Virus record (IMG/VR): IMGVR_UViG_3300045988_165665
Location: 1-46,813 of that record
Reading direction: 5' to 3' (one strand)
Length of the DNA stretch: 46,813 nt
Source of the DNA: a virus
Position numbers and translations under genes: made by a program. Below, piece by piece: positions 1 to 7,632 of the stretch (within the stretch, counting starts at the first letter, position 1; each line of letters opens with the position of its first letter). Under the pieces are notes generated by a model, which was given only the letters and a program-made list of their open reading frames with translations, did not search any database and was not told the origin of the DNA.

Positions 1-89
1 AGGAGAAATGTTAAAAAAAGACATTGATAATAATCCTGCTTTAACACAAATAGCTAAAGAATATAATTTAACTTCAACACAAAAAAAAT
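1..89 (+). repeat. Terminal overlap identical to 46725..46813 (circular closure)
   Basis: aggagaaatgttaaaaaaagacattgataataatcc... read identically at both window ends. A reading frame runs through the junction. Confidence 0.95.
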
Positions 90-304
90 TCATGAAAGCA
101 TTTTTATGTTTAACTAATGAACAAAAAGATACTATTATTGAAACTATGAAAATAATGGTAGATGCTACATTTGAAAAGAAACAACACATTATTTATGAAA
201 CTTCTGATGAAAACTTAAGCTCATCTGAAAGAAGAGCATTAATCAACCAAGAATTAGATGATGAGGAAAAAGTTCAAGAAATGGAAAAAAAGGAAATATT
301 ATAA
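1..304 (+). CDS. C-terminal part of the same CI-like repressor (ORF track 8..304 is an internal Met)
   Basis: Frame is continuous with 46528.. across the circular junction. No S24 peptidase-like C-terminus seen. Confidence 0.8.
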   Translation, partial: GEMLKKDIDNNPALTQIAKEYNLTSTQKKFMKAFLCLTNEQKDTIIETMKIMVDATFEKKQHIIYETSDENLSSSERRALINQELDDEEKVQEMEKKEIL

Positions 305-356
305 GTTTTCATGCTTATAAGTGGTATAAAAAGTATTATTAATATTTTTTATATCA

Positions 357-390
357 AAAAAAGACCACCTTTAATGGTGGCCTTTTTTAT
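357..390 (+). terminator. Intrinsic terminator after repressor gene
   Basis: gaccacc-tttaa-ggtggcc stem followed by TTTTTT. Confidence 0.7.
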
Positions 391-447
391 TGATAAAAAT
401 AATATAAATGTTAAGATAATACTATAAATATAGAAGGAAGTGTTTTT

Positions 448-1014
448 ATGTATTATTTAAGAAGTCTTGTTTTATGCTCTATTTTTATTTTATTAATGGT
501 ATCTAGTTGTTTTGCACATGTACGAACAGCATACGAACCAGAATGGGACAACGCTTACTCTTTAAGCGTACAAAGTATTAGAGCTAATCTCGGTCTTTGT
601 TTTGTAAAATATTCTACACCAACAGAAGATATGTACTGGTTTAGAATGGATAAAAGAAAAGATGAAGATAAAATCTTACCTTATGCTACTTTTATAATAG
701 ATGGTATTGAATATCCTGTAGTAGCTTTAAAAAATCCAGATTATAGATATCTAGAAGCTGGACAAACATTAATTGATACATCATCATTAAATAACGTTGT
801 TCAACATAGTAATTTTAGATATTTCAACTTAAATAAAGAAATAATTCAAAAACTATCTACAGCCAATGAAGTAAAACTTAAATTTGATTGCGTTTCTAGA
901 ATAAATAGAACTACCACAATACCAGATGATTTGGTATTAGCTGTTAAAGAACAAATAAAAATGCCATATGAAGATATAAAAGCTAACTGGAAACCAATTG
1001 ATGACTCTTTATAA
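448..1014 (+). CDS. Lipoprotein on the lysogeny side (candidate superinfection-exclusion or conversion protein)
   Basis: Signal peptide with lipobox LMVSSC. GAAGGA RBS. Same strand as and downstream of the repressor. Own terminator. Confidence 0.7.
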   Translation: MYYLRSLVLCSIFILLMVSSCFAHVRTAYEPEWDNAYSLSVQSIRANLGLCFVKYSTPTEDMYWFRMDKRKDEDKILPYATFIIDGIEYPVVALKNPDYRYLEAGQTLIDTSSLNNVVQHSNFRYFNLNKEIIQKLSTANEVKLKFDCVSRINRTTTIPDDLVLAVKEQIKMPYEDIKANWKPIDDSL

Positions 1015-1056
1015 TCAACTTCATATTTTATAAGAAATAGGAAGTTAAAAAATTAA

Positions 1057-1097
1057 GGTAGATGCTAGAAACACAATATCTAGTATCTACCTTTTTT
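1057..1097 (+). terminator. Intrinsic terminator after lipoprotein gene
   Basis: 13-bp stem ggtagatgctaga/tctagtatctacc (one G.U) followed by TTTTTT. Confidence 0.75.
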
Positions 1098-1169
1098 ATT
1101 TTGCTTAAAATATGTATTCTCTAAATGGATTTTTTATAAAATTTGACTGACTTTGATTGAGTTCGCCAA

Positions 1170-1290
1170 AACCACTATATATTGTGTTATATAATATATA
1201 TATTGTTTATATATATGTTGTATATACTTTATATATATTATATATTGCATTTCTATATATATGTTATATAATATATATATACCACATATA
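1170..1290. repeat. TA-rich iterated TATATA(T)TGT-type repeats upstream of parA (candidate centromere/operator)
   Basis: About 8 copies of tatatattgt / tatatatgtt between 1170 and 1290, directly 5' of the ParA RBS. Confidence 0.5.
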
Positions 1291-1302
1291 AGGAGTGATA
1301 TT

Positions 1303-2031
1303 ATGGAAATCATCTCTATAATAAATCAAAAGGGCGGAGTTGGAAAAACAACAACTGCCCAAAATTTAACAGCAGGTTTAAGATTGCAAAATAAAAAAGT
1401 ATTATTGCTAGATTTAGATGCACAATGTAATTTAACTTTATTACAGCAAGCAACTAAATATAAATATAATATTTTAAACGTTCTAAAAAATGAAGTTGAC
1501 ATAAATACAGCTGTCGAAAAAGATTTTATCGCTGGATCTAAGTTTCTAGTTGGTGAAAATACTGAAATTGAGTTAAATAAATTGAAAAATGAATTGCAAA
1601 AATTAAAAACTGATTATGATTATATAATAATTGATACACCACCAGCATTATCTAATATAACTATTAATGCATTAACAGCAAGTACAGATATTATAATAAC
1701 GATAACAGCAGATTTACTACCAATTCAAGGTTTAGTTGATTTATACAAAACTGTACAATCTATACAAAAAACATCTAATAAAAACCTTAATATAAAAGGG
1801 ATCTTAGTAACTAGATTTAATAAACGAACTATATTAGGAAGAACTATGTTAAATAGTCTTATTGATATAGCAGAAAAATTAAATACAAAAGTATTAAATA
1901 CCAAAATAAGAGATAGTATCTCTATAAAAGAGTCCCAAGCAAAAATGACTGATATATTTAAATATGCTAGATACTCTACAGCTGGTCGAGATTATAGAGC
2001 ATTAGTAAAAGAAATATTGGAGGATAAATAA
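1303..2031 (+). CDS. parA: ParA/Soj-type partition ATPase
   Basis: Deviant Walker A NQKGGVGKTTT. AAGGAG RBS before ATG 1303 (track start 1261 is probably too long). IIIDTPP Walker B. Confidence 0.9.
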   Translation: MEIISIINQKGGVGKTTTAQNLTAGLRLQNKKVLLLDLDAQCNLTLLQQATKYKYNILNVLKNEVDINTAVEKDFIAGSKFLVGENTEIELNKLKNELQKLKTDYDYIIIDTPPALSNITINALTASTDIIITITADLLPIQGLVDLYKTVQSIQKTSNKNLNIKGILVTRFNKRTILGRTMLNSLIDIAEKLNTKVLNTKIRDSISIKESQAKMTDIFKYARYSTAGRDYRALVKEILEDK

Positions 2032-2282
2032 TGAGTAACTTTAAAACTTTTGATAATCCAGCAGATATGCTATTAGGTTTAGATGATAACAAACCAGAAC
2101 CTGAAATAATAACAGATAAAAAAAATCTAAAAGAAATTCTTGATTATGAAAAACAAACAAAAAAGAAATTAATAGTCATTGGTCCAAAATTATTTGAAAT
2201 CATAGAAAAAAAAGCTAAAATTGATGGTCGCAGTGTTAATAATTATATAGTTAACGCATTAAAAGAATATGTACTAAAATAA
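2031..2282 (+). CDS. Small centromere-binding partner, RHH (ParG/CopG-like) C-terminus
   Basis: Translationally coupled to parA (ATGA overlap). C-terminal KIDGRSVNNYIVNALKEYV looks like ribbon-helix-helix. Confidence 0.6.
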   Translation: MSNFKTFDNPADMLLGLDDNKPEPEIITDKKNLKEILDYEKQTKKKLIVIGPKLFEIIEKKAKIDGRSVNNYIVNALKEYVLK

Positions 2283-2286
2283 TAAA

Positions 2287-2326
2287 AGAGCCTAGCACAT
2301 AAATTAGTGTTAGGCTCTTATTTTTT
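2287..2326. terminator. Bidirectional intrinsic terminator between parAB and the convergent 62-aa gene
   Basis: agagcctagcac/gtgttaggctct stem flanked by an A-run and a T-run. Confidence 0.75.
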
Positions 2327-2397
2327 ATCCATTTAGAGCTGTTTTATTTTTATCTTAATTTATACCTACAAAGATTTTAAACAGCTTATACAGGCTA

Positions 2398-2586
2398 TTA
2401 TTTTATAGCTTTTTGGCAATCCTTATACCAAAGGCACACATCTATATTACATTGTTTAGTTGCATAACAAGGATTATTTCCCTCTTGCTCCTGCAATATA
2501 TGTATCATATCTGCTTTTTTTGCTTTCTTTGGTAGTATTACAGCTCTATCTTTTGCTATAGTTTTTATTTCTTTTATTGTTGGCAT
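2398..2586 (-). CDS. 62-aa SAP/Rho-N-like protein with C-terminal Cys4 cluster
   Basis: GAAGGTGAG RBS. TIKEIKTIAKDRAVILPKKAKKADMIHILQ resembles a SAP/Rho_N helix pair, followed by CYATKQCNIDVCLWYKDC. Confidence 0.6.
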   Translation of the reverse strand: MPTIKEIKTIAKDRAVILPKKAKKADMIHILQEQEGNNPCYATKQCNIDVCLWYKDCQKAIK

Positions 2587-2961
2587 CTACTCACCTTCTT
2601 TCTTGGTATATATAAATTTATTTAAACTAGGCACTAACTTTAGCTTTACTTCTAAACTAAAAAAGATTACGCTTGGGAGGATTGCGGAGCCGTGTTCTAG
2701 ATATAGTTATACCTTTAGCGTTCTACTAAAGATATAACTATATTTTTTTACGCCTGGTTTTCTTGCGTCTGCCAGTCCAGTTTTCTACTAGTTCCTGCTT
2801 TTACACAGGTAGGATATTAATGGTTACTTAATTGCCCCAACCACCATACGTTTCCATATGTTATCCTAATACGGCTTATAGCTTATGCTACAATCCCAGT
2901 CTGCAACTTACGTTGCCTTTAACCACCGTTGTCTACTTTTAACCATATAAATATATTACTC
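2587..2961 (-). ncRNA. Structured about 370-nt leader or second module of the large RNA
   Basis: No ORF. GNRA hairpins at 2845-2860 and 2903-2916. Three-way junction closed by 2810-2816/2862-2868. 18-bp hairpin 2701-2743 has a G.U only on the minus strand. Confidence 0.5.
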
Positions 2962-2965
2962 AAAT

Positions 2966-2987
2966 AAAAAAAGCCGTCTAAACGGCT
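2966..2987 (-). terminator. Intrinsic terminator (minus strand) inside the ORF-free region
   Basis: Minus strand reads agccgtttagacggct followed by TTTTTTT. Confidence 0.7.
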
Positions 2988-3035
2988 CTCATGAGTTCTT
3001 ATTTACTTAGGCTTATTAAGGGAGTTTAACAACAT

Positions 3036-3213
3036 TCCGCCCTCTTAGGTAAATGCAAATAGTAGAATATATTTGCATGCCCCACCGATTTTCCGCCTCC
3101 GCTGGTGATACGGTTGGTTACTTTCTGCAACCACTTATTTATACACTCCGCCAAGTGTAGCTTTCGCTCTCCTAGAATAAGCATCTAGGCACGCTCTTGA
3201 CGTTTATTCCGCC
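3036..3213 (-). repeat. Four phased GGCGGA motifs (plus strand TCCGCC) at 3036, 3092, 3147 and 3208
   Basis: Spacing is 56, 55 and 61 nt. Two copies share CACTTGGCGGA. One copy sits in the loop of hairpin 3142-3159. Confidence 0.6.
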
Positions 3214-3322
3214 AAGTGATTTTAGATACTAAAAAACACATTTATCATCATTCCCACATGGGAAAAATGTAAATGTGCCTACTATTCCTACCTAAAATCA
3301 TTTTATTTTGTGATATCATATG

Positions 3323-3351
3323 TTGACATATCGCAAATACATAAGTATAAT
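3323..3351 (+). promoter_or_regulatory. Perfect sigma-70 consensus promoter TTGACA-17-TATAAT
   Basis: ttgaca at 3323-3328 and tataat at 3346-3351, with an exact 17-nt spacer. Confidence 0.75.
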
Positions 3352-3357
3352 GAGTTT

Positions 3358-3438
3358 AGAAAGTAACTCGAGCAACTTATGTTGTGGGTAGGTTGTTCGG
3401 CAAAGTCGGTTGTACTGCCAATACAATCGGCTTTTTTT
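3358..3438 (+). ncRNA. About 80-nt sRNA antisense to the 5' part of the long minus-strand RNA
   Basis: Lies between the consensus promoter and the intrinsic terminator at 3405-3438. No ORF. Confidence 0.6.
3405..3438 (+). terminator. Intrinsic terminator of the plus-strand sRNA
   Basis: 10-bp stem gtcggttgta/tacaatcggc (two G.U pairs), 7-nt loop, TTTTTTT. Confidence 0.75.
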
Positions 3439-3439
3439 A

Positions 3440-3468
3440 TTTCTAAAAACTTTTTATAAAATTGTCAA
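3440..3468 (-). promoter_or_regulatory. Second, weaker minus-strand promoter TTGACA-17-TAGAAA
   Basis: Plus-strand tgtcaa at 3463-3468. The -10 element matches 4 of 6. Confidence 0.35.
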
Positions 3469-3483
3469 ATTATTTACATCTTT

Positions 3484-3512
3484 ATAATATATTAAATTAA
3501 ATATATTGTCAA
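3484..3512 (-). promoter_or_regulatory. Near-consensus promoter TTGACA-17-TATTAT driving the long RNA
   Basis: Plus-strand tgtcaa at 3507-3512 and ataata at 3484-3489, with a 17-nt spacer. Lies just downstream of the operon terminator. Confidence 0.65.
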
Positions 3513-3514
3513 TT

Positions 3515-3548
3515 AAAAAGGGCTGCTAAAGATAGCAGCTCTTTTTTT
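3515..3548. terminator. Bidirectional terminator after the ParB-like gene
   Basis: gggctgct-aaagat-agcagctc stem flanked by an A-run and a T-run. Confidence 0.75.
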
Positions 3549-4062
3549 ATTTTATATCCCATGAATTACTAAACTCTTCATTTCTAAATAAAGATGCTAG
3601 TCCGCTCATCTGTTTTAAACGAATAACTTCATCAGCATCCATTCCTAAATGCTTCATTATCCATTTATCAGTTTTCCCCATATCTTTTAATTCTTTTACG
3701 ATATTACTCATTAAATCAACATCATGCGAACCTCTAGCTCTATTATGGCGAATTGTACTTGCCATACGTTCACCAATAGGCTTATTAACTACAGATACTG
3801 GAAGCATTCCTTTTTCACGTTCATAAATATCTTTATACTTCAGCATTATAGAATAGCGGTGAAATCCATCAACTATCTCATACATATCTTCATCTGCATT
3901 GTAATAGCAAACGATAGGCATGGTATAGCCATCTTCTTTTATGCTATCATATAATAATTTCATTTCTGGTGGTGCTACATGATTTGGATTATATTCGTTT
4001 GCACGAATTTTTTCTACTGGTACAGCTATTATATTATAAACAGGGCTTTTAAATTCTGACAT
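3547..4062 (-). CDS. ParB/Srx-fold N-terminal domain protein (IbrB-like)
   Basis: VPVEKIRANEYNPNHV...IVDGFHRY...TIRHNRARGSHD are ParB-nuclease/sulfiredoxin-type motifs. Directly follows the PAPS-reductase-like gene. Confidence 0.75.
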   Translation of the reverse strand: MSEFKSPVYNIIAVPVEKIRANEYNPNHVAPPEMKLLYDSIKEDGYTMPIVCYYNADEDMYEIVDGFHRYSIMLKYKDIYEREKGMLPVSVVNKPIGERMASTIRHNRARGSHDVDLMSNIVKELKDMGKTDKWIMKHLGMDADEVIRLKQMSGLASLFRNEEFSNSWDIK

Positions 4063-4072
4063 GATATCACTC

Positions 4073-5374
4073 CTATAAATTTTTATATTTTTCCATTATC
4101 TTCTGTTGTCTTAGTGTTAAATCTTTGGTTATAGAAAAGGATAAACCTTTGCATATTATGTCATTTTTTATAATGCACATTGCCATTCTTTTCCATGTCA
4201 ATATATCTTGCTTTTTATCTATTGGATGCTCGTCTATTATTCTTTTAAATTTAATTACTTCTTTATCACCTTTTCCTCGCTTGGAAAAACTATGTGTATT
4301 AATAATATCTTCTGGTACAGTTTCTTCTAATTCTTTTATAAAATCATCTTGCATTGGACATCCTGTTCTTTGCCAATACTTAATAAATTTTATAAATTTG
4401 GTTTTATACATCTTTGCCGTATCTGGTGGCAATGTTGACAATAAAAACTTTGTAAAACTCTTCCATGTATGATTTTTTGGCAATGTATATCTAGCGGACA
4501 TTATTTTATTACCGCTATAGATATTACCAAAGTTAGCTCCAGATACACGATTGACTACACGAACCCATAAATCTGGGGCAATAACCTTGAATAAATTCAA
4601 ACCTGCTTTTGCTTCGTTTCCAAATGGTTCATCAACACGCATTTTATCTATTGGAACACCTGCTTTATAAAACAGGTCATAAAGTTTGTTATATGGCTTA
4701 TTGTATTTGCCATAGTAAATCCAATCATCTTTTGTAGTCCAATCATATATTGGGTAAAAATTATAGCAATTATCATCTATTTTTTTGCTATAACTTTTAT
4801 CTTTATAATGATTTTCCTGCTTTCTTTGACTCCCACCGATTGCCCTAAAACGATTAAGGCTTTCATCTGTACGGATGCCTACAAGTTGAGCAGTTTTTGC
4901 ACCTGCTCCATACCATTGAGTAAAGTATTTTATAAATTCCTCAAACGGCATGTTTTCTTTATAAAAATTAAACGGATTATTTTTTAAATTTATAACCCAT
5001 TTATTTTTAGGCATAGGGCGAACCCATATAGGTTCTTTTTCTGGTTCCCACCATATCCATGTAGGATCTAAATAAGATAAACTATTTGGGCTTTCCATTG
5101 GTAGACAAACCCAGTATGGTTCAAGTACATCTTCATTTTCTGTCAGCATCTTTTCAATATACTCTATAGTTATTGGATAAAATGCTTCTAAATCAATAAA
5201 GAGAACACCTAATTTTCTTCCTCTAGCTCTTGCTATATCAATAGCCATGTTAAGAACAACACCGCTATCTTTACCGCCAGAAAAAGATATACAGACTTTA
5301 TCAAATTCATCAAATATGAAGTTTAGTCTTTCAACTGTAGCTTCATATACATTTTTGTTTTTGTATATTTTCAT
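4073..5374 (-). CDS. PAPS-reductase/PP-loop ATP-pyrophosphatase family protein with long C-terminal extension (IbrA-like)
   Basis: PP-loop SFSGGKDS near residue 30. 433 aa. Paired with the ParB-like gene, as in ibrA/ibrB. Confidence 0.75.
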   Translation of the reverse strand: MKIYKNKNVYEATVERLNFIFDEFDKVCISFSGGKDSGVVLNMAIDIARARGRKLGVLFIDLEAFYPITIEYIEKMLTENEDVLEPYWVCLPMESPNSLSYLDPTWIWWEPEKEPIWVRPMPKNKWVINLKNNPFNFYKENMPFEEFIKYFTQWYGAGAKTAQLVGIRTDESLNRFRAIGGSQRKQENHYKDKSYSKKIDDNCYNFYPIYDWTTKDDWIYYGKYNKPYNKLYDLFYKAGVPIDKMRVDEPFGNEAKAGLNLFKVIAPDLWVRVVNRVSGANFGNIYSGNKIMSARYTLPKNHTWKSFTKFLLSTLPPDTAKMYKTKFIKFIKYWQRTGCPMQDDFIKELEETVPEDIINTHSFSKRGKGDKEVIKFKRIIDEHPIDKKQDILTWKRMAMCIIKNDIICKGLSFSITKDLTLRQQKIMEKYKNL

Positions 5375-6758
5375 TGTATTTCTCCTCGTCTACATTTTTC
5401 CAAATAGCAATCTGCTTTTTGAATGAATCTAGTAGATTGCTTTTATTTTGCAAACAATTTGCTATAAAAACATCTATGGTATATTTACAGCATATATCAT
5501 AGATGTTAACCGTCCGCTCCTGGCCAATGCGGTGAACTCTATCTTCTGCCTGCAAACGAGTTGCAAGGTCAAAATCGTTCGAATAGAAGATGATGTTATG
5601 GCAAAATTGAAGATTTAAACCATAAGCTCCACATTGTTTGTTGGCCAACATAAATTGAACATCATTTTTAAACTCAATTCTATTTTGTTGACGTTGTTTA
5701 GGTCTTATTTCTCCAGTAAATTCTACAAAGGTTTTATTCATTGAATCCAAGAGAAATTTTATATCTTTTATTTCATCCTGATATTTGGCAAAGATAATAC
5801 ATTTATCATTGCCAATTTCTTCAATGACTCTTTTTAAACATTGTATACGTGGATTATTTTTCCATGTATACATCTTTTCTGTACGCATCCGTTTTTCTGG
5901 TGCTGATAACACTCTCTTACCAGAAGTAATATGTTGCAATGCAGAAAATAATTTAAATATCGTTTCCGACCGCCAATCTACTACATTAAAAAGGAATAAC
6001 TCTTTTGTTTCGTAATATTCCTCTTCTTGTAAATCATCCAAACAAAAATATCGCATATGATATTCCTTTGGTTTAAGTTCTTTTAATACCTCATCTTTTT
6101 TGATTTGGTACATATATGGAGCTATCTTTTCTGTTAAATAGTCCACATTTAGAACTCTTATAATTTGGTCGGTCGTTATCTCTCTACCACTTGGAAGCCT
6201 TACTTTTTTATATTCTAAGTGATTAGCGGCAAAGCTATAAAAAGACTTGTATCCCAATATCCGCCAATCTAAGATATACCATTGGGCGAATAAGTCCGCT
6301 TCATTCTTAGATATTGGTGTACCATTCAATATCATCTTATATTTGCAAAAAGATGATATTTCTATAATACGTTCCGTTCTTATGGCCAACTTATTTTTTA
6401 CAAGGTTGCTTTCATCCACAATTAGATAAACTTTGTAATTTTTTACTAGCTCTAACAGCTGTAAATATAATCTATCAGAACTAGACAAGCTTTCAATTCC
6501 CTTAATTATTATGTTATTTTCACTAGGTTTTTGACCTGTATGCTTTATAACATCTTCTTTAAGGTTATTTTTAACCGAACAAGGGCATAGCCAAAGTACA
6601 ACATTAACCTTTCCCTTATCCATTTTATTTTTAATAATTTCTAAAGCCGTTCTCGTCTTTCCTGTTCCTTGCTCCATATACAAAGCACCAACTTTAAGCT
6701 TAGAAAGTTTATCGACAGCTTTAGATTGGTATTTATATAGTTTTGTTTTTAAAATCAT
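5343..6758 (-). CDS. SNF2-family helicase/ATPase
   Basis: Motif I EQGTGKT, motif II LIVDESN and motif VI QAEDRVHRIGQ. Coupled to both neighbours. Confidence 0.85.
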   Translation of the reverse strand: MILKTKLYKYQSKAVDKLSKLKVGALYMEQGTGKTRTALEIIKNKMDKGKVNVVLWLCPCSVKNNLKEDVIKHTGQKPSENNIIIKGIESLSSSDRLYLQLLELVKNYKVYLIVDESNLVKNKLAIRTERIIEISSFCKYKMILNGTPISKNEADLFAQWYILDWRILGYKSFYSFAANHLEYKKVRLPSGREITTDQIIRVLNVDYLTEKIAPYMYQIKKDEVLKELKPKEYHMRYFCLDDLQEEEYYETKELFLFNVVDWRSETIFKLFSALQHITSGKRVLSAPEKRMRTEKMYTWKNNPRIQCLKRVIEEIGNDKCIIFAKYQDEIKDIKFLLDSMNKTFVEFTGEIRPKQRQQNRIEFKNDVQFMLANKQCGAYGLNLQFCHNIIFYSNDFDLATRLQAEDRVHRIGQERTVNIYDICCKYTIDVFIANCLQNKSNLLDSFKKQIAIWKNVDEEKYNENIQKQKCI

Positions 6759-7207
6759 ATGAATACCATCTTTAAATCATCAATTACTTTAGCTATATCG
6801 GCTAAAGTATTTTTTTCTTTAAACTTATTAATATTTATGATTTCTAAACGTTCCTTAAGGTCGTCTATATCATAAATAATAATTGGTGCGTCTGGATTAT
6901 TCTTATAATATTCTATTTGAAATATTATGGAAGCCTTTGCCAAAATAAAAGCTTCTTTTTTATTAAATAAAATATCTTTATCGGATACTTCATCTAACAA
7001 TATAAACCCACTACGGAATTTATTTTGCTGTTTAATCATATCTTTTAATTTTGATATGATTAATGGCTCAAGGACAGTGGGACGTGGTGAACGTCCCATT
7101 TCCCAAAACTCCCATGTAGATACTCCAACTCCTATTTTTTTAGCCATTTCTACCTGTGATAATCCTAATTCTAATCTTAATTTTTTTATTTCGTCTTTGA
7201 ACAACAT
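6755..7207 (-). CDS. XRE-type HTH protein
   Basis: IKKLRLELGLSQVEMAKKIGVGVSTWEFWEMG is HTH_3-like. ATGA coupling to the SNF2 gene. Confidence 0.7.
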   Translation of the reverse strand: MLFKDEIKKLRLELGLSQVEMAKKIGVGVSTWEFWEMGRSPRPTVLEPLIISKLKDMIKQQNKFRSGFILLDEVSDKDILFNKKEAFILAKASIIFQIEYYKNNPDAPIIIYDIDDLKERLEIININKFKEKNTLADIAKVIDDLKMVFI

Positions 7208-7224
7208 ATTTAATTTCTCTCCCC

Positions 7225-7632
7225 TTAACGATATGTGACAAAATCACTCCAAGGACTATAGATTGAACCCAATTGACGTCCATGAGGAACACAACAAAGA
7301 GCTCTAGCTAATTCAATAATTAGTTGTGTTTTACTTAAAGCATTATTTTGTGCAATATCTTTTAAAGCATCTGTTTCATCATTTTGATATCTGCCTTGAT
7401 TCTGTACTTTTGAAAAACGATTTAAATAAAATATAATATCTTTTCTATCAAAGCACTCCCAATCATGTGATTTAGCCATTTTTTCGGCATGTTTTTTTAA
7501 TTCATCTCCTTTTTTGTATATAAGCTCTCTTAAACTATCACAGTTTTCTTTAATTTTGAAATATTTATTAGCACTTATTTCGTTAATCAAAATGTTTATT
7601 TGATTTTCTAATTCTACTTGTTGTTTATTCAT
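7225..7632 (-). CDS. Hypothetical protein (135 aa from the internal Met)
   Basis: AAAGGAG RBS before ATG 7632. The track start at 7707 overlaps the upstream gene and lacks an RBS. Confidence 0.6.
   Translation of the reverse strand: MNKQQVELENQINILINEISANKYFKIKENCDSLRELIYKKGDELKKHAEKMAKSHDWECFDRKDIIFYLNRFSKVQNQGRYQNDETDALKDIAQNNALSKTQLIIELARALCCVPHGRQLGSIYSPWSDFVTYR

Larger units (their letters stand above)
2962..3477 (-). ncRNA. Candidate large structured ncRNA (about 470-515 nt, promoter to terminator)
   Basis: GC about 40-48% against under 30% in the flanks, and no ORF of 60 aa or more. Hairpins at 3053-3078, 3142-3159, 3159-3168 (GAAA loop) and 3171-3189. Promoter at 3484-3512. Confidence 0.55.

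Noticed and set aside
2701-2749. The 18-bp hairpin with T-run read as a plus-strand terminator
   Set aside because: There is no plus-strand promoter or gene upstream (parAB already ends at 2287-2326). The stem also has a C.A mismatch on plus but a G.U on minus, which favours a minus-strand RNA element.
3026-3184. 52-aa minus-strand ORF (MLILGERKLHLAEC...) inside the ORF-free RNA region
   Set aside because: It has no Shine-Dalgarno. Its codons are GC-rich and atypical for this genome. It runs through the hairpins and the GGCGGA motifs, so it is more consistent with structured RNA.
3724-7238. Plus-strand ORFs 3724..3954, 4125..4472, 5785..6015, 6247..6429 and 6927..7238
   Set aside because: They lie antisense to the ParB-like, PAPS-reductase-like, SNF2 and HTH genes, which carry clear family motifs. 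They have no start context of their own.
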